This document shows positions 18,573 to 28,558 of a stretch of DNA of 64,000 nt, piece after piece. This stretch comes from a virus. Its lineage: Duplodnaviria; Caudoviricetes. The position numbers and the translations under genes are program-made. Positions within the stretch are counted from its first letter, which is position 1. Each line of letters begins with the position of its first letter. Below the pieces are notes generated by a model. The model ran no database searches and had not been told where the DNA came from. It was given only the letters and a program-made list of their open reading frames with translations. The DNA lies in IMG/VR virus record IMGVR_UViG_3300019371_000256, positions 8,224 to 72,223 of that record. One strand, written 5' to 3'.

Positions 18573-20210
18573 TTGGAGGAAGTACAGGAGCAGGAAGAAA
18601 AAAAGCGTATCCATAATTCGGTTGTCATTAAAACCATATCAGAGGACCGTGTAGCTATTATGGAAAGCAAAGCGGTTGATGAAGATGAATTTCATGGACT
18701 GTATGAAGATGGGGCTGTTTTGGAACCGCTTTATAATCCGGAGCAGTTAACCCGGCTTTCCGAAAACAGCGATATCCTACAGCAATGCATAGATGCGTAT
18801 AAGACTAATATTGTGGGTTTTGGTGTAGACTTTGATTATGATATTGATGTGGATAAGCAGAATGAGAGCATTCAATCAGCTCTTGATAAAGAATGGACTA
18901 AGTATGAAAACTTCTTTAAATTCTGCAATTTTGATGAAAGCTATACAGAAATCATGAAAAAGGTTGTTGATGATAGGGAGCGTATCGGTTGGGGAACCTT
19001 AGAGGTTATAGAAGATGCTGTTGGCAGACCTGCAGGGCTGGAACATATACCGGCGCATAAAGTACGCTTATGTAAAAGGGAGAGGAAAGCCATTTCAGTA
19101 AAAACAATGGTTCCCAATGACAATGGAGAATTGATCGAAATTACTATCATGAAAAAATTCAGGAAGTTTGTTCAGATCGTGGATAGCCGGAAGGTATTCT
19201 TTAAAGAATTTGGAGATCCGAGAACATTGAATTGTAAAACAGGGTTGCATGATGAAGCCGCTGCGGATGAAGACAAAGCCACAAGCATTATCTTTTTTAA
19301 TATCTATTGTCCTTATACACCCTATGGTTTACCGAGGTACATAGGTCAGCTACTTAATGTTCAGGGAAACAGGAAGGCCGAAGAACTTAATTATACTTAT
19401 TTCATGGACGGCAGGCATATGCCAATGGCCATCATTGTAGAAAATGGAAAGTTGACAGATGAATCTATTCAAAATATATCCAATTCTAAAGGAGATAAAG
19501 CCAGGCATAAATATTTGATTCTGGAAGCTGAGGGAGCTGAAAAGACAGTATCAATAGGTGATGATGATGAAAAATCAAAGGTGAACATTCGGTTTGAGAA
19601 GCTTGCGGAAATGTTGGAAAAGGATGGACTGTTTCAAGATTACTGTAAAAATAATCGTGATAAAATTCGATCCGCTTTTCGATTGCATCCGATATATACC
19701 GGAGAGAGTCAGGACTACACCAGAGCCACAGCTGATACTGCAAGGCAGGTCACAGAAGAGCAGGTGTTCCAACCGGAGCGGGAGGACATCGCTTTCAAAT
19801 TTAACAACACTCTTAAGCGAGTACTGGAAATAAACCAGGTAAGCATGAAATTTGTGGCTCCTACCATATCGGATAAGGCAGAGATTGCTACAGCTATTGC
19901 ACCTTATGTACAGGCCGGCGCGGCATCACCGAATATGCTTATAGATGCCCTGGGAGATCTGCTTGGCAAGTCATTTGAGCCTTTTGAGGGTGAATGGGCT
20001 GATAAGCCCTTACAATTATTGCTTAAGGAAATGGAACTGGAAGCAAGTCAGAGTAATGGATATGGAAGTGAAGAACAAATAAATAATGGTTCTGTAGGGC
20101 AGGAAAATGACCAGAATACTATAGAAAAGTCTGAAAGCATTGAAAGTATAGTCGGGATATTAAAAGGCTTGCAAATAGCAATAGAGGAGGCGCTTACAGA
20201 TGAAGCCTAA
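18573..20210 (+). CDS. Portal protein (PBSX XkdE-like)
   Basis: Follows terL; YGLPRY, IRSAFRLHP..G, A..V.EEQVFQP. Confidence 0.9.
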   Translation: MEEVQEQEEKKRIHNSVVIKTISEDRVAIMESKAVDEDEFHGLYEDGAVLEPLYNPEQLTRLSENSDILQQCIDAYKTNIVGFGVDFDYDIDVDKQNESIQSALDKEWTKYENFFKFCNFDESYTEIMKKVVDDRERIGWGTLEVIEDAVGRPAGLEHIPAHKVRLCKRERKAISVKTMVPNDNGELIEITIMKKFRKFVQIVDSRKVFFKEFGDPRTLNCKTGLHDEAAADEDKATSIIFFNIYCPYTPYGLPRYIGQLLNVQGNRKAEELNYTYFMDGRHMPMAIIVENGKLTDESIQNISNSKGDKARHKYLILEAEGAEKTVSIGDDDEKSKVNIRFEKLAEMLEKDGLFQDYCKNNRDKIRSAFRLHPIYTGESQDYTRATADTARQVTEEQVFQPEREDIAFKFNNTLKRVLEINQVSMKFVAPTISDKAEIATAIAPYVQAGAASPNMLIDALGDLLGKSFEPFEGEWADKPLQLLLKEMELEASQSNGYGSEEQINNGSVGQENDQNTIEKSESIESIVGILKGLQIAIEEALTDEA

Positions 20211-21249
20211 GAGAAGAGCAGTTCTTCTATCCATAGTAAAATCAATCGAAGGAGTGCTTGAAAAAATAGATAAGGAAAATGAGGTATTCATAAATTCCTT
20301 TGATAACCTGACGAAAGAACAAAAGAAAATTGCATTAAAGGGATTGGAAGAGCTTGTGAAAAAACTCCAGGCTTTTTTTATTGCTCAAAAAAAGGATTAC
20401 ATAAAGGCCATGAAAGAGCTGCCTGCTTATCTTAAAAAGCGTAAGATCAAGTACCGGATAAACATAAAAAAGGCAGATGGCATTCCGGATGATATTTTAG
20501 ACCAGTTTGTTGAAGTGATAACGGATTTTGTTTTTGCAAATGACAAACGGAGAATAGAGCAGTTGGAGGAAATATATGCTGCGTATTCTGGTTCAGTATT
20601 CCCTGGGGTTGCTGAGATATGTGCCCGGTCCGTTGAAGGTTCTAAGCTTGGAAATGAACTGACATTGACAGATATGGCGGTAAAATGGTTGGAACAGCAC
20701 AAGATTAAATTTGCACAGGAAGTTACAGAATCTACCCACAATTCAGTTATAAGGTCCTTGAAAAATACACTCACTGGTGCCAATGGAATCATAAGCGGTT
20801 CAGAGGACTTGATTTCTGTTCTACCGGATTTTTTTAAACAAACAGGACTGAAGCAGAAAAGCAAAAACCTTACCAGTGTTACTGATGTTGACCTTTATAA
20901 CAAAATGTCCCAGGAGATCGAACAGCAGGCATGCTTTGAACATTACAGAGCCAGGAGGATAGCCAGAACAGAAACTATAAATGCCACGAATTCGGCAACT
21001 CTTGAGGGGTGGAGGCAAAGTGACGTAATAGGCGGTAAGCAATGGGTATGTGCCATGAGTGATAACAGCAGGAAATCTCATAAAAAAGCTAACGGCCAGA
21101 TTGTGGATGTTGATAAACCTTTTATGGTTGATGGTGAAAAACTCATGCATCCGGGAGATACCTCTATGGGAGCCAGTGCTGAAAATGTTATAAACTGCCG
21201 TTGTACCATGAAATCCGTACTGAAATATAAGATGAAAGGGAGGGGATAG
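20200..21249 (+). CDS. Minor head protein (Mu gpF / SPP1 gp7-like)
   Basis: RARRIARTET, KQW...SRKSH, HPGD...INCRC. Confidence 0.9.
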   Translation: MKPKRRAVLLSIVKSIEGVLEKIDKENEVFINSFDNLTKEQKKIALKGLEELVKKLQAFFIAQKKDYIKAMKELPAYLKKRKIKYRINIKKADGIPDDILDQFVEVITDFVFANDKRRIEQLEEIYAAYSGSVFPGVAEICARSVEGSKLGNELTLTDMAVKWLEQHKIKFAQEVTESTHNSVIRSLKNTLTGANGIISGSEDLISVLPDFFKQTGLKQKSKNLTSVTDVDLYNKMSQEIEQQACFEHYRARRIARTETINATNSATLEGWRQSDVIGGKQWVCAMSDNSRKSHKKANGQIVDVDKPFMVDGEKLMHPGDTSMGASAENVINCRCTMKSVLKYKMKGRG

Positions 21250-21251
21250 CC

Positions 21252-21704
21252 TTGGGTGATGTTATTTCAACTGTCATACCAATTGCCAAGGTGGATACTG
21301 TGACCAAGACAGTAATTGGTGTGGTTTACAAAGCGTCAAAGACGTTTGATGCCAATGGGAAACCATTAGACAATATTGACTCTCATGGAAATTGGGCAAC
21401 TGTGGAAGAAGTAAAAAAAGCTTGCCATAATTTTAATAAAAAGCTGCAGCAAAAGAAACTTATAGGAAAGGTCGGAATTGATAAGCAGCACAATGAAAAG
21501 CCGGGATACGGAGTTGTAATTGAAAGCTATATTGCAATGTCTGATATACCGGATATTAATGCTTCCCAAGGTGACTGGGTGGCTGCTGTTGAGGTTACCG
21601 ACAATGAATGCTGGAAGGAGATTGAGAAAGGTGAAATCGAAGGTTTTTCTATTGGCGGAACTGCAAAGATAGATACATCGAAAGGAGGTGAAAAAGGTGA
21701 TTAA
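21252..21704 (+). CDS. XkdF-like putative prohead protease
   Basis: GVVYK, VIESYI, GDWVAAV, IEGFSIGG. Confidence 0.8.
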   Translation: MGDVISTVIPIAKVDTVTKTVIGVVYKASKTFDANGKPLDNIDSHGNWATVEEVKKACHNFNKKLQQKKLIGKVGIDKQHNEKPGYGVVIESYIAMSDIPDINASQGDWVAAVEVTDNECWKEIEKGEIEGFSIGGTAKIDTSKGGEKGD

Positions 21705-22668
21705 AAAAATTATGAAAGCGGCAAAGCAGCCTGAAATCATACCTGGGGAAATGAGTGATATGGATATCGACATGATTTCCCTGGTGAGAAAAGGAGCAAA
21801 CGGTCAGAAAATTCAGATTTATAAGTCTGATGATTCAGATGAAACAGAAGGTGATGAGGAAGCACAAGGTCTTCTGGAGGTCTTGAAATTTTATTTCAAT
21901 AAAGGGAAAGTGCAAAAGGCAGATGAAGCAGCAAAACCGGCAGCGAAAATCCCCAAAAAGACCTTTTCCAGTATGATGGCTGTAAACGATATCACAGAAA
22001 ACATGTGGAGAGCGAATGACACATTACGCTCTGTTATGCGTGATATTATCAACAATGAAGAAATTACTGATAAGAAGGCAGCGTTATTGCAGGCTGTTGA
22101 TGAATATTCCGCCTATATGAAAGACAAGGTGAATGTTTCAACAATAGCCAAGAGCGCGGCCTTTTTTGATGTTCCGGAATCTGTTATTGAAAAGGCTGGG
22201 AAGAAAGTCTCCTCAAAAAATTTAACTGCACTTAGGGATGCACAAAAGGCTTTGTCAGCAGTTATTGAGGAAGCGGAAGGACCAAAGAATCCGGAAGATG
22301 ATCCGGATGAAGAAAAAAACAAGGAAGGCAACGAGAAACCTGGTGGTGAGAAGGAGGATGGAGAAGTGAAAAAAGAAGAATTGACTAATGTTATGAAAGA
22401 AGCTCTGGAGGATATCTTAAAGCCAATTGCAGAAAGGCTTGACAAGATTGAAAAGTCAGATACAGATGTGACTGAAGAGGAAGAAGCTGCAGAGGGAAAT
22501 ATTGCAGAGGTTGTAAAATCTGCAATATCAGAAGCCGTTAAACCAATTAATGAGAGACTTGAAAAGATTGAGAAATCCCGTGCCCTGCCCCGTAGTAAAG
22601 AAGGTGATGAACCGAATCAGGTTCAGAAATCGGAGGCAGGTATATATGACGGTTTTTTCGTTGAATAA
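21697..22668 (+). CDS. Capsid scaffold-like protein
   Basis: ISLVRKGAN motif, acidic and coiled-coil tail; between protease and capsid genes. Confidence 0.65.
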   Translation: MIKKIMKAAKQPEIIPGEMSDMDIDMISLVRKGANGQKIQIYKSDDSDETEGDEEAQGLLEVLKFYFNKGKVQKADEAAKPAAKIPKKTFSSMMAVNDITENMWRANDTLRSVMRDIINNEEITDKKAALLQAVDEYSAYMKDKVNVSTIAKSAAFFDVPESVIEKAGKKVSSKNLTALRDAQKALSAVIEEAEGPKNPEDDPDEEKNKEGNEKPGGEKEDGEVKKEELTNVMKEALEDILKPIAERLDKIEKSDTDVTEEEEAAEGNIAEVVKSAISEAVKPINERLEKIEKSRALPRSKEGDEPNQVQKSEAGIYDGFFVE

Positions 22669-22683
22669 GGAGGGAAAGAGAGC

Positions 22684-23607
22684 ATGAACAACAGAACATT
22701 ATTATCAAAAGCAGCGGTAGATACTTCAACGCTGGGAACTGGCGGCAAAATGAATGCGGAGCAGTCCACTCAGTTTATTACTTTTATGAAAGACTATTCT
22801 GTATTTTTAAGATCGGTTGATTTTATCACTATGCAGACCACCAGACGTGTATTGGAATATGGTGATATTTCAAGGAGAAATATGCGTAAGGCAAAAGAAA
22901 ATCAGGATAACCCGGCAACGGGCAGCTTCTCAACCAAACAGAGGGAGCTGAATGCGGTTGGTGTAATCATGCCTTACGATATTACTTTCCAGTTCATGAA
23001 GGAAAATATCGAAAAAGGAAACATCAATACAACTCTTGCTCAGCTGTTTGCCCAGCAGTTCGCAAATGACACCATTGATCTTGCTTTCAATGGCAATGAA
23101 ACCTCAACTGATGATTTCCTGAATATCAATAACGGTTGGGTTGCCATAGGGGAAGCAGATGGCGGAACCCATAAAATTGATAATGCAGGAATTACATCAA
23201 AAAGGGAACTTTTTAAAACGCTGCTCGGAGCTGTACCGAGCAAATACTTTCAGATGTATCAGCAGGAAGATAAGAGCCTCCTTAAGCTCCTGGTGTCTCA
23301 TAATGTCAACCGAGAGTATAAGGAAGAACTGACAGAAAGAAACACGGCTCTTGGTGACAGTCTTCTGATCAGCGGCAATCATGTGGCCTATGATGGATTT
23401 GAAATTATCCCGGTGGGCTTCCTTTCTGATGATGTACAGATGGTTACTCCACTGAAAAACCTGGCCTATGGCGTATATGGAGGAAACATTGAGACTTATC
23501 ATGATGTTGTACCAAGAAAAACACGCCATGAGTATACATTACTTGCTGACTTTGATTTTGAAATCCATAATCCTGATGTACTGGTTATGGGAAATAAGAG
23601 AACCTGA
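22684..23607 (+). CDS. Major capsid protein (XkdG-like)
   Basis: GGKMNAEQSTQFI, DLAFNG; position in the head cluster. Confidence 0.85.
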   Translation: MNNRTLLSKAAVDTSTLGTGGKMNAEQSTQFITFMKDYSVFLRSVDFITMQTTRRVLEYGDISRRNMRKAKENQDNPATGSFSTKQRELNAVGVIMPYDITFQFMKENIEKGNINTTLAQLFAQQFANDTIDLAFNGNETSTDDFLNINNGWVAIGEADGGTHKIDNAGITSKRELFKTLLGAVPSKYFQMYQQEDKSLLKLLVSHNVNREYKEELTERNTALGDSLLISGNHVAYDGFEIIPVGFLSDDVQMVTPLKNLAYGVYGGNIETYHDVVPRKTRHEYTLLADFDFEIHNPDVLVMGNKRT

Positions 23608-23621
23608 TAGGAGGGAACTTT

Positions 23622-24005
23622 ATGGGAAGAAAAGTAGAAGATAATCATAAGGTTGTAGTTGAAAATGAAAGCCCGGCTACAGATCTGATTCAACAGCAGG
23701 AAGAATTCACGTTTGAAGAAGAACCTGCGGCCGAACCGGAATCCAAAGAACCGGTTCAGCAGGAAGAGCCAGTAACCGAACCGGCCTCGGCATCAGAACC
23801 AGAAAAGAAAGAAGAGGAGAAAAAGGAAGAGCAGATACAGGAAGAGCAACCTAAGAAGAAACAGGCAGAATACTGGTTGATTCTCACAGGTGCGGCTTCC
23901 TATACTGGCTGCGGAATGCGTTTCTTTAAGAATCAGCCGACACTTGTTACGGATGACACAGCATGCAAAAAGCTTCTTTCTACAGGGCTTTTTGTATTGA
24001 AATAA
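23622..24005 (+). CDS. Small head-associated protein, Glu/Pro-rich with a C-terminal YqbF-like domain
   Basis: Low-complexity N-terminus; LTGAASY...F.KNQP. Confidence 0.55.
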   Translation: MGRKVEDNHKVVVENESPATDLIQQQEEFTFEEEPAAEPESKEPVQQEEPVTEPASASEPEKKEEEKKEEQIQEEQPKKKQAEYWLILTGAASYTGCGMRFFKNQPTLVTDDTACKKLLSTGLFVLK

Positions 24006-24376
24006 TGGAAGCGTATCTGACTGCCAATGATTTGAAAGCAGGCGGAGAATTTGAAGGTGTTGTGTTGGAAGAGGACATGGAGCAGTTATCTGATAAAACT
24101 CTGGAAAATCTGCTGAAAACAGGGAAGGAACTGATTGACGCATACTGCGGTATCTCATTTGATGATAAGATTCCCAATATGGTTAAGGTAGTAAATGCTC
24201 AGCTGGTCCCAGCTCTAATCCAGGATGATACCAAAAACAGTGAAAGTGTGGACGGATATTCTTATCAGAATAATCTGTCTGCCTTTTCCTCTATACTTTC
24301 AAAGCTTGATTTTCTGGTAATTGGTGGAAAAACAATTTCGGAGCGTAAAAGAAGCGTAAGGGCAAGGGTGATCTGA
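24005..24376 (+). CDS. Head-tail connector/adaptor
   Basis: ELIDAYCG, SESVDGYSY; ATG at 24005. Confidence 0.75.
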   Translation: MEAYLTANDLKAGGEFEGVVLEEDMEQLSDKTLENLLKTGKELIDAYCGISFDDKIPNMVKVVNAQLVPALIQDDTKNSESVDGYSYQNNLSAFSSILSKLDFLVIGGKTISERKRSVRARVI

Positions 24377-24377
24377 T

Positions 24378-24719
24378 GTGAGTATAGGAAGAATGCTGAT
24401 TCATAAATGCAATATCTATAAGCATGGTAATGAAAAAATCGGAAACTTTACTAAAAAAGTACCTAATATGAAAGCCTATGAAAACCAAAGGTGTAGATTT
24501 ATCCGGAAAAATTCAACTAATACAGAAGAAAATGGACGGGTAAAGGTAAATACATACTATGTTCTTATGCTTCCCAAAAGTGTATCAGTTGAAAATGGGA
24601 ACATTGTTTGCTGGATAGACAAAAAGGGGAAAGAGACATACCGTTTTAAGGTTGAAGAGCCATATTCTCCATCCGGAAAATACAATCGTGTTTCAATAGA
24701 ACGGGAAAGTGAGGCGTAA
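24378..24719 (+). CDS. Head closure protein (XkdH/YqbH-like)
   Basis: Synteny; MLIHKCNIY. Confidence 0.65.
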   Translation: MSIGRMLIHKCNIYKHGNEKIGNFTKKVPNMKAYENQRCRFIRKNSTNTEENGRVKVNTYYVLMLPKSVSVENGNIVCWIDKKGKETYRFKVEEPYSPSGKYNRVSIERESEA

Positions 24720-24722
24720 GAC

Positions 24723-25334
24723 ATGGAAGATGGGCTTTTTATTGATGGGTTAAATGAACTTGAAAAAAAGCTATTAAAAGCCGCTCAAAAGAATATGCCT
24801 GAGGTTATTCAGAACATTCTTGACACATTAGGAGAAGTTCTTATAAATGAGGCAAAAGATGTGCTGCAGAATGATGGAAGGCCGCATGCCAGGTATGCCA
24901 AAAAGACCAGGACGGTATCCAAAGGAAAAAATAAAGGAAAGACCAGGAATTATCTCCAGTTCAAAGGAACTGTCAATACAAATGCGATTGATTCGGGATT
25001 GTTATGGAATTCCTTGTCCAGAGGCAGCGCCGGTAATATATGGACCTTTTCAGGAAAAGCCGGGAAGTTTACTTTGTGTGTCGGATCCAGTGTCAAATAT
25101 GCCAGATACATCAATGATGGATATAAGGCAAAAAAGCATTGGGTACCTGGTACCATTGATGGCAGAGGAAAGTTCATATATCAGAAAGGTGCAAAAACCG
25201 GTATTATGGTTCATTCACATACTTATAAAGGTGTCAGGTACTTTGATATGGGCTTTGAAGAAATGCAGAAAGCTGCTCCGGAGGTCATAAGATACGAACT
25301 GGATAAGTTTAAGGAGGCCTTTGATAATGGATAA
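24723..25334 (+). CDS. HK97 gp10-like neck protein
   Basis: IDSGLLWNS, VGSSVKYA.YINDG, HWVPG. Confidence 0.8.
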   Translation: MEDGLFIDGLNELEKKLLKAAQKNMPEVIQNILDTLGEVLINEAKDVLQNDGRPHARYAKKTRTVSKGKNKGKTRNYLQFKGTVNTNAIDSGLLWNSLSRGSAGNIWTFSGKAGKFTLCVGSSVKYARYINDGYKAKKHWVPGTIDGRGKFIYQKGAKTGIMVHSHTYKGVRYFDMGFEEMQKAAPEVIRYELDKFKEAFDNG

Positions 25335-25833
25335 TTTACCGTTGCCAGAAAATAGGGCACTTTCGGATATTGTAAAAGAAGTTTTTGGTGATATCATGCA
25401 GTACCAAATAGATGTTCCTGAAAAATTTAAACGACCTTGTTTTCTTTTTATAAATCCGGATAAATCAACAAAAACTGAAGAACTAACAAAAACGTTGTAT
25501 AAGGAAACGAAAACATATGAAATTTACATGTATTGTGCAGAAGATGATGTTGACAGTTTGACATTGAATAAAGAAAAACTGATAGATTATCTTATGGGTT
25601 TGAAAAAGATACCAATACCAGATACAGAACGCTTTTTCACCATTGAAAGGGTTGCTGCAGATACCGATGATGTAAATTCTATGGTAGCCTTTATGATTGA
25701 GGTCTCCAGGGTGAGATCCCGGAGTTTAAGACGTAATCCGGTACCCAAGATACAGCATATTGTGAATAAAGTCAGTATTGAAGGGAGGAAAGCAGTAGAA
25801 GATGAACAGCAAAGCGGAATTCAGTCTGGATGA
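25327..25833 (+). CDS. Tail terminator-like protein
   Basis: Synteny between gp10-like and sheath genes; FKRPCF. Confidence 0.6.
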   Translation: MDNLPLPENRALSDIVKEVFGDIMQYQIDVPEKFKRPCFLFINPDKSTKTEELTKTLYKETKTYEIYMYCAEDDVDSLTLNKEKLIDYLMGLKKIPIPDTERFFTIERVAADTDDVNSMVAFMIEVSRVRSRSLRRNPVPKIQHIVNKVSIEGRKAVEDEQQSGIQSG

Positions 25834-25978
25834 GATATGCCAGAATTCAAAGGAGCTTTTAGGAGTCTATCCGGAAGTGATTTATGGAGCTCTTTTTACT
25901 TGTGATAAGAAAGAGAAATATTCCCTAGGAGAAGTGAGCCAGGCAATTGATGAATTTCTAAAAAAGGAGGTAAGGTAA
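25802..25978 (+). CDS. Small 58-aa tail-region protein not in the ORF track (MNSKAEFSLDEICQ...EFLKKEVR)
   Basis: GGGAGG RBS upstream, ATG 25802, TAA 25976-25978; contains the sheath-gene RBS. Confidence 0.7.
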   Translation: MNSKAEFSLDEICQNSKELLGVYPEVIYGALFTCDKKEKYSLGEVSQAIDEFLKKEVR

Positions 25979-25979
25979 C

Positions 25980-27401
25980 ATGTCAAGTGGAACATGGAAA
26001 CCGGGTGAAAGTAAGGAACGTACCGGATTATATAACTGGTTTGTATCCTTGGCAGCATCCAGAATAGATGCTACTAAGAAAGGGGTTGTCGGTATCCCGA
26101 TTAAGGCGGATTGGGGGCCTTGTAATCAGCTTACAATCTGTGAAGATGATTCAGCTATTATTTCCGCTTTTGGTACCGGCGGGACCGTATATTTAGCCCG
26201 GAGGGCTGCCAAGGGAGGGAAGCAATACAAACCATACCGGGTAATTTTATACCGTATGGCAACAGCCGAAGCAGAACAGGCAGTTGCTACTGTTGAAGGC
26301 AGTTTTAAGTTAATTGCCAAATACAAAGGTAGCAGAGGAAATCAGTTCAGGGCAGCTATCACAGAAAATATTCAGGATGAACAGTCAGTAAATCTTGCTA
26401 TCTATGAAGGAAGTTCTATGATAAGCAAGTATACAGCAAAAAAGACAAATGTAAATGCTTTGGTTGCCGCTATAAACAGTGATGATGAATCTCTGGTGAC
26501 TGCGGTCAAAACCGGTGATACAGAACTTGCGGTAACTGCATCCATATCCTTTTCTGGTGGTAATTCAGGAAGTGGTGTGAAGGTTGAGGATTACATAAGA
26601 GCTCTGGCAGCATTTGAAACCGCCTATCTAAATACAATCTCCATGGATGGTGTATGTGATGAATCATTGCTTACTACTGTGAAAAACTGGCAGAGCAGAG
26701 TATGGAATGCCGGGAAGATGATTCAGCTTGTCATTGGTGGGACACATGAAGATGATAAAGATCCGACCGTAGGGAATGCAAGGTCAAAAGCCTGCGATAA
26801 CTACGGTATTATAAACGGTATTGTTGGCGGTATTGATGCTGCCGGCAATATGTACTGTTCGGCAGAAATGGCACCGCAGATTGCCGGAGCAATAGCGGCG
26901 CTCCCCCTTAATAAAGCTATTACATATAAAGAGTTGGAAGATATTGTGAATGTTACAGCGGAATTGAGTGATACAGAAATCCGTGAAGCCACAACTGCCG
27001 GCTCTTTTGTTCTGTTCAAAGATACTGATCCTGAAACCTTTGAGGTCACTGTCAAAGTTGAGAGAGGCATTAATACTTTTACCAGTTTCACAGCTGAAGC
27101 AGGGGAAAAACTCCGGAAAATAAAAGCTATTTCTACAATGGCGGCCATTGATTACGATATTGGACGTTACGCCATGAAAAATGTATTGGGGGAGTTGGAT
27201 AACGATGGTGATGGCAGAGCAGCCTTGCTCAGTGGGATTTCCCAGTATCTTGAAACCCTGGCCGATCAGCACGTAATCAGTCCAGATATCCTTGTTGGGT
27301 TAAGTGAATCACTTGTCAGTGAAGGTGATACTGTTTATATGGAAACGCAGGCCCTGACAATTGATAAGATTGAACAGATCTTTAATAAGGTCTTTCTGTA
27401 A
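25980..27401 (+). CDS. xkdK: Tail sheath protein (XkdK-like)
   Basis: GVVGIPIKADWGP, AKYKGSRGN, GINTFT, KIKAIS. Confidence 0.9.
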   Translation: MSSGTWKPGESKERTGLYNWFVSLAASRIDATKKGVVGIPIKADWGPCNQLTICEDDSAIISAFGTGGTVYLARRAAKGGKQYKPYRVILYRMATAEAEQAVATVEGSFKLIAKYKGSRGNQFRAAITENIQDEQSVNLAIYEGSSMISKYTAKKTNVNALVAAINSDDESLVTAVKTGDTELAVTASISFSGGNSGSGVKVEDYIRALAAFETAYLNTISMDGVCDESLLTTVKNWQSRVWNAGKMIQLVIGGTHEDDKDPTVGNARSKACDNYGIINGIVGGIDAAGNMYCSAEMAPQIAGAIAALPLNKAITYKELEDIVNVTAELSDTEIREATTAGSFVLFKDTDPETFEVTVKVERGINTFTSFTAEAGEKLRKIKAISTMAAIDYDIGRYAMKNVLGELDNDGDGRAALLSGISQYLETLADQHVISPDILVGLSESLVSEGDTVYMETQALTIDKIEQIFNKVFL

Positions 27402-27420
27402 GAAGGGAGTGTTATAAGAC

Positions 27421-27852
27421 ATGGATGAAACCAAAGTTATAAATGGCTCTTACGGTGAGTGCCATTGTGAAGGAAAGTGGCTAACCAATATTTATAAAAT
27501 GTCAGCAGATATTGAGCCTTCCTATGGTGATGTGAAAATGTCCGGTAGTCGATGGACCGGTCAGAAGTTACTTGGCTTAAAAGGCTCAGGAAGTATATCT
27601 GGATATAAAATCACATCAGAGTTGGTAAAGAATGTGGCAAGAATCACAGATGATCGGAAGTCAGAGTATGTAACTGAACTGATTTCCAAGCTGGATGACC
27701 CGGAAGCGTATGGGTACGAGCGTGTCCGCCTGAAACATGTAAAGTTTTCAAAGATTCCTATTGTCGGTTGGGAAGTTGGTTCAATGGTGGAAGAAGAATG
27801 GCCATTTACCTTTGTTGGGGTGGAATGGTTGGATAAAATCGAAGAAAGTTAA
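27421..27852 (+). CDS. xkdM: Tail tube protein (XkdM-like)
   Basis: INGSYG, KLDDPEAYGYERV, EEEWPFTF. Confidence 0.9.
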   Translation: MDETKVINGSYGECHCEGKWLTNIYKMSADIEPSYGDVKMSGSRWTGQKLLGLKGSGSISGYKITSELVKNVARITDDRKSEYVTELISKLDDPEAYGYERVRLKHVKFSKIPIVGWEVGSMVEEEWPFTFVGVEWLDKIEES

Positions 27853-27857
27853 TATTT

Positions 27858-27882
27858 GCGGCTCTGCGGAGCCGCTATTTTT
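27858..27882 (+). terminator. Hairpin terminator after the tail tube gene
   Basis: GCGGCTC-TGCG-GAGCCGC followed by TATTTTT. Confidence 0.6.
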
Positions 27883-27896
27883 GAAAGGAGCACATT

Positions 27897-28391
27897 ATGA
27901 AAGAAAATAAAGCAGGATATGAAAACTTAGAGGATATGCCGGCAGATGCCTATGTGGAGCCTGTCACACAGACAGACGAGGATTTGTTGGAAGCTCTCCT
28001 TGGAACTCCGGATGGAGATGAAAAAAAGGTATACATGAAACGGTTCAACTCTTATTTTACTGTAAAGGCAATTTCCTCAGAAGAATATGGTCAGCTTGAA
28101 AAGCGCTGCAAGTATCCGGTTAAGAATCCACGTACACACCAGATTGAGGAGAAAACCGATCAGGATAAATTATCCAGTATGCTCATTTTAACAGCATGTA
28201 CAAAGCCCATCTGGAATAACCCTAAGTTGCTTGCCAAATACAGCACAGAGGATCCGACTAAAGTAATCCGTAAAAGGTTGTTAATCGGTGAGATTTCACA
28301 GCTCACAGAGGCCATTATGGACGTCTCTGGATTTGACGATGGGATGGAAGCAATAAAAAACTCATTAGCCGAGGCGGAGAAGCAGCAATAA
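27897..28391 (+). CDS. Tail assembly chaperone (XkdN-like, G-type)
   Basis: P..NNPKLL, LLIGEI..L...IMDVSGF; lies between tube and TMP genes. Confidence 0.85.
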   Translation: MKENKAGYENLEDMPADAYVEPVTQTDEDLLEALLGTPDGDEKKVYMKRFNSYFTVKAISSEEYGQLEKRCKYPVKNPRTHQIEEKTDQDKLSSMLILTACTKPIWNNPKLLAKYSTEDPTKVIRKRLLIGEISQLTEAIMDVSGFDDGMEAIKNSLAEAEKQQ

Positions 28392-28528
28392 TTCACAGAC
28401 TGCTTCAGGAGAGCAATTATACTCTTTTTCCTGATGAAATATATGCGAAGCCTCGTAACGTAAGGAATTTTATGTACGCCTCCCTGGAACTAACTATGAA
28501 GGATCGGAAGAAGCAGTCCAAAAAGTAA
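28355..28528 (+). other. Programmed -1 frameshift site (A AAA AAC) and GT-type extension of the tail chaperone
   Basis: Heptamer 28355-28361 in the correct register; -1 frame open (KLISRGGEAAIIHRLL...KQSKK) to TAA 28526-28528. Confidence 0.8.
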
Positions 28529-28558
28529 TTTCAAGAAAATAAGGAAGGGGGTGGAGGT

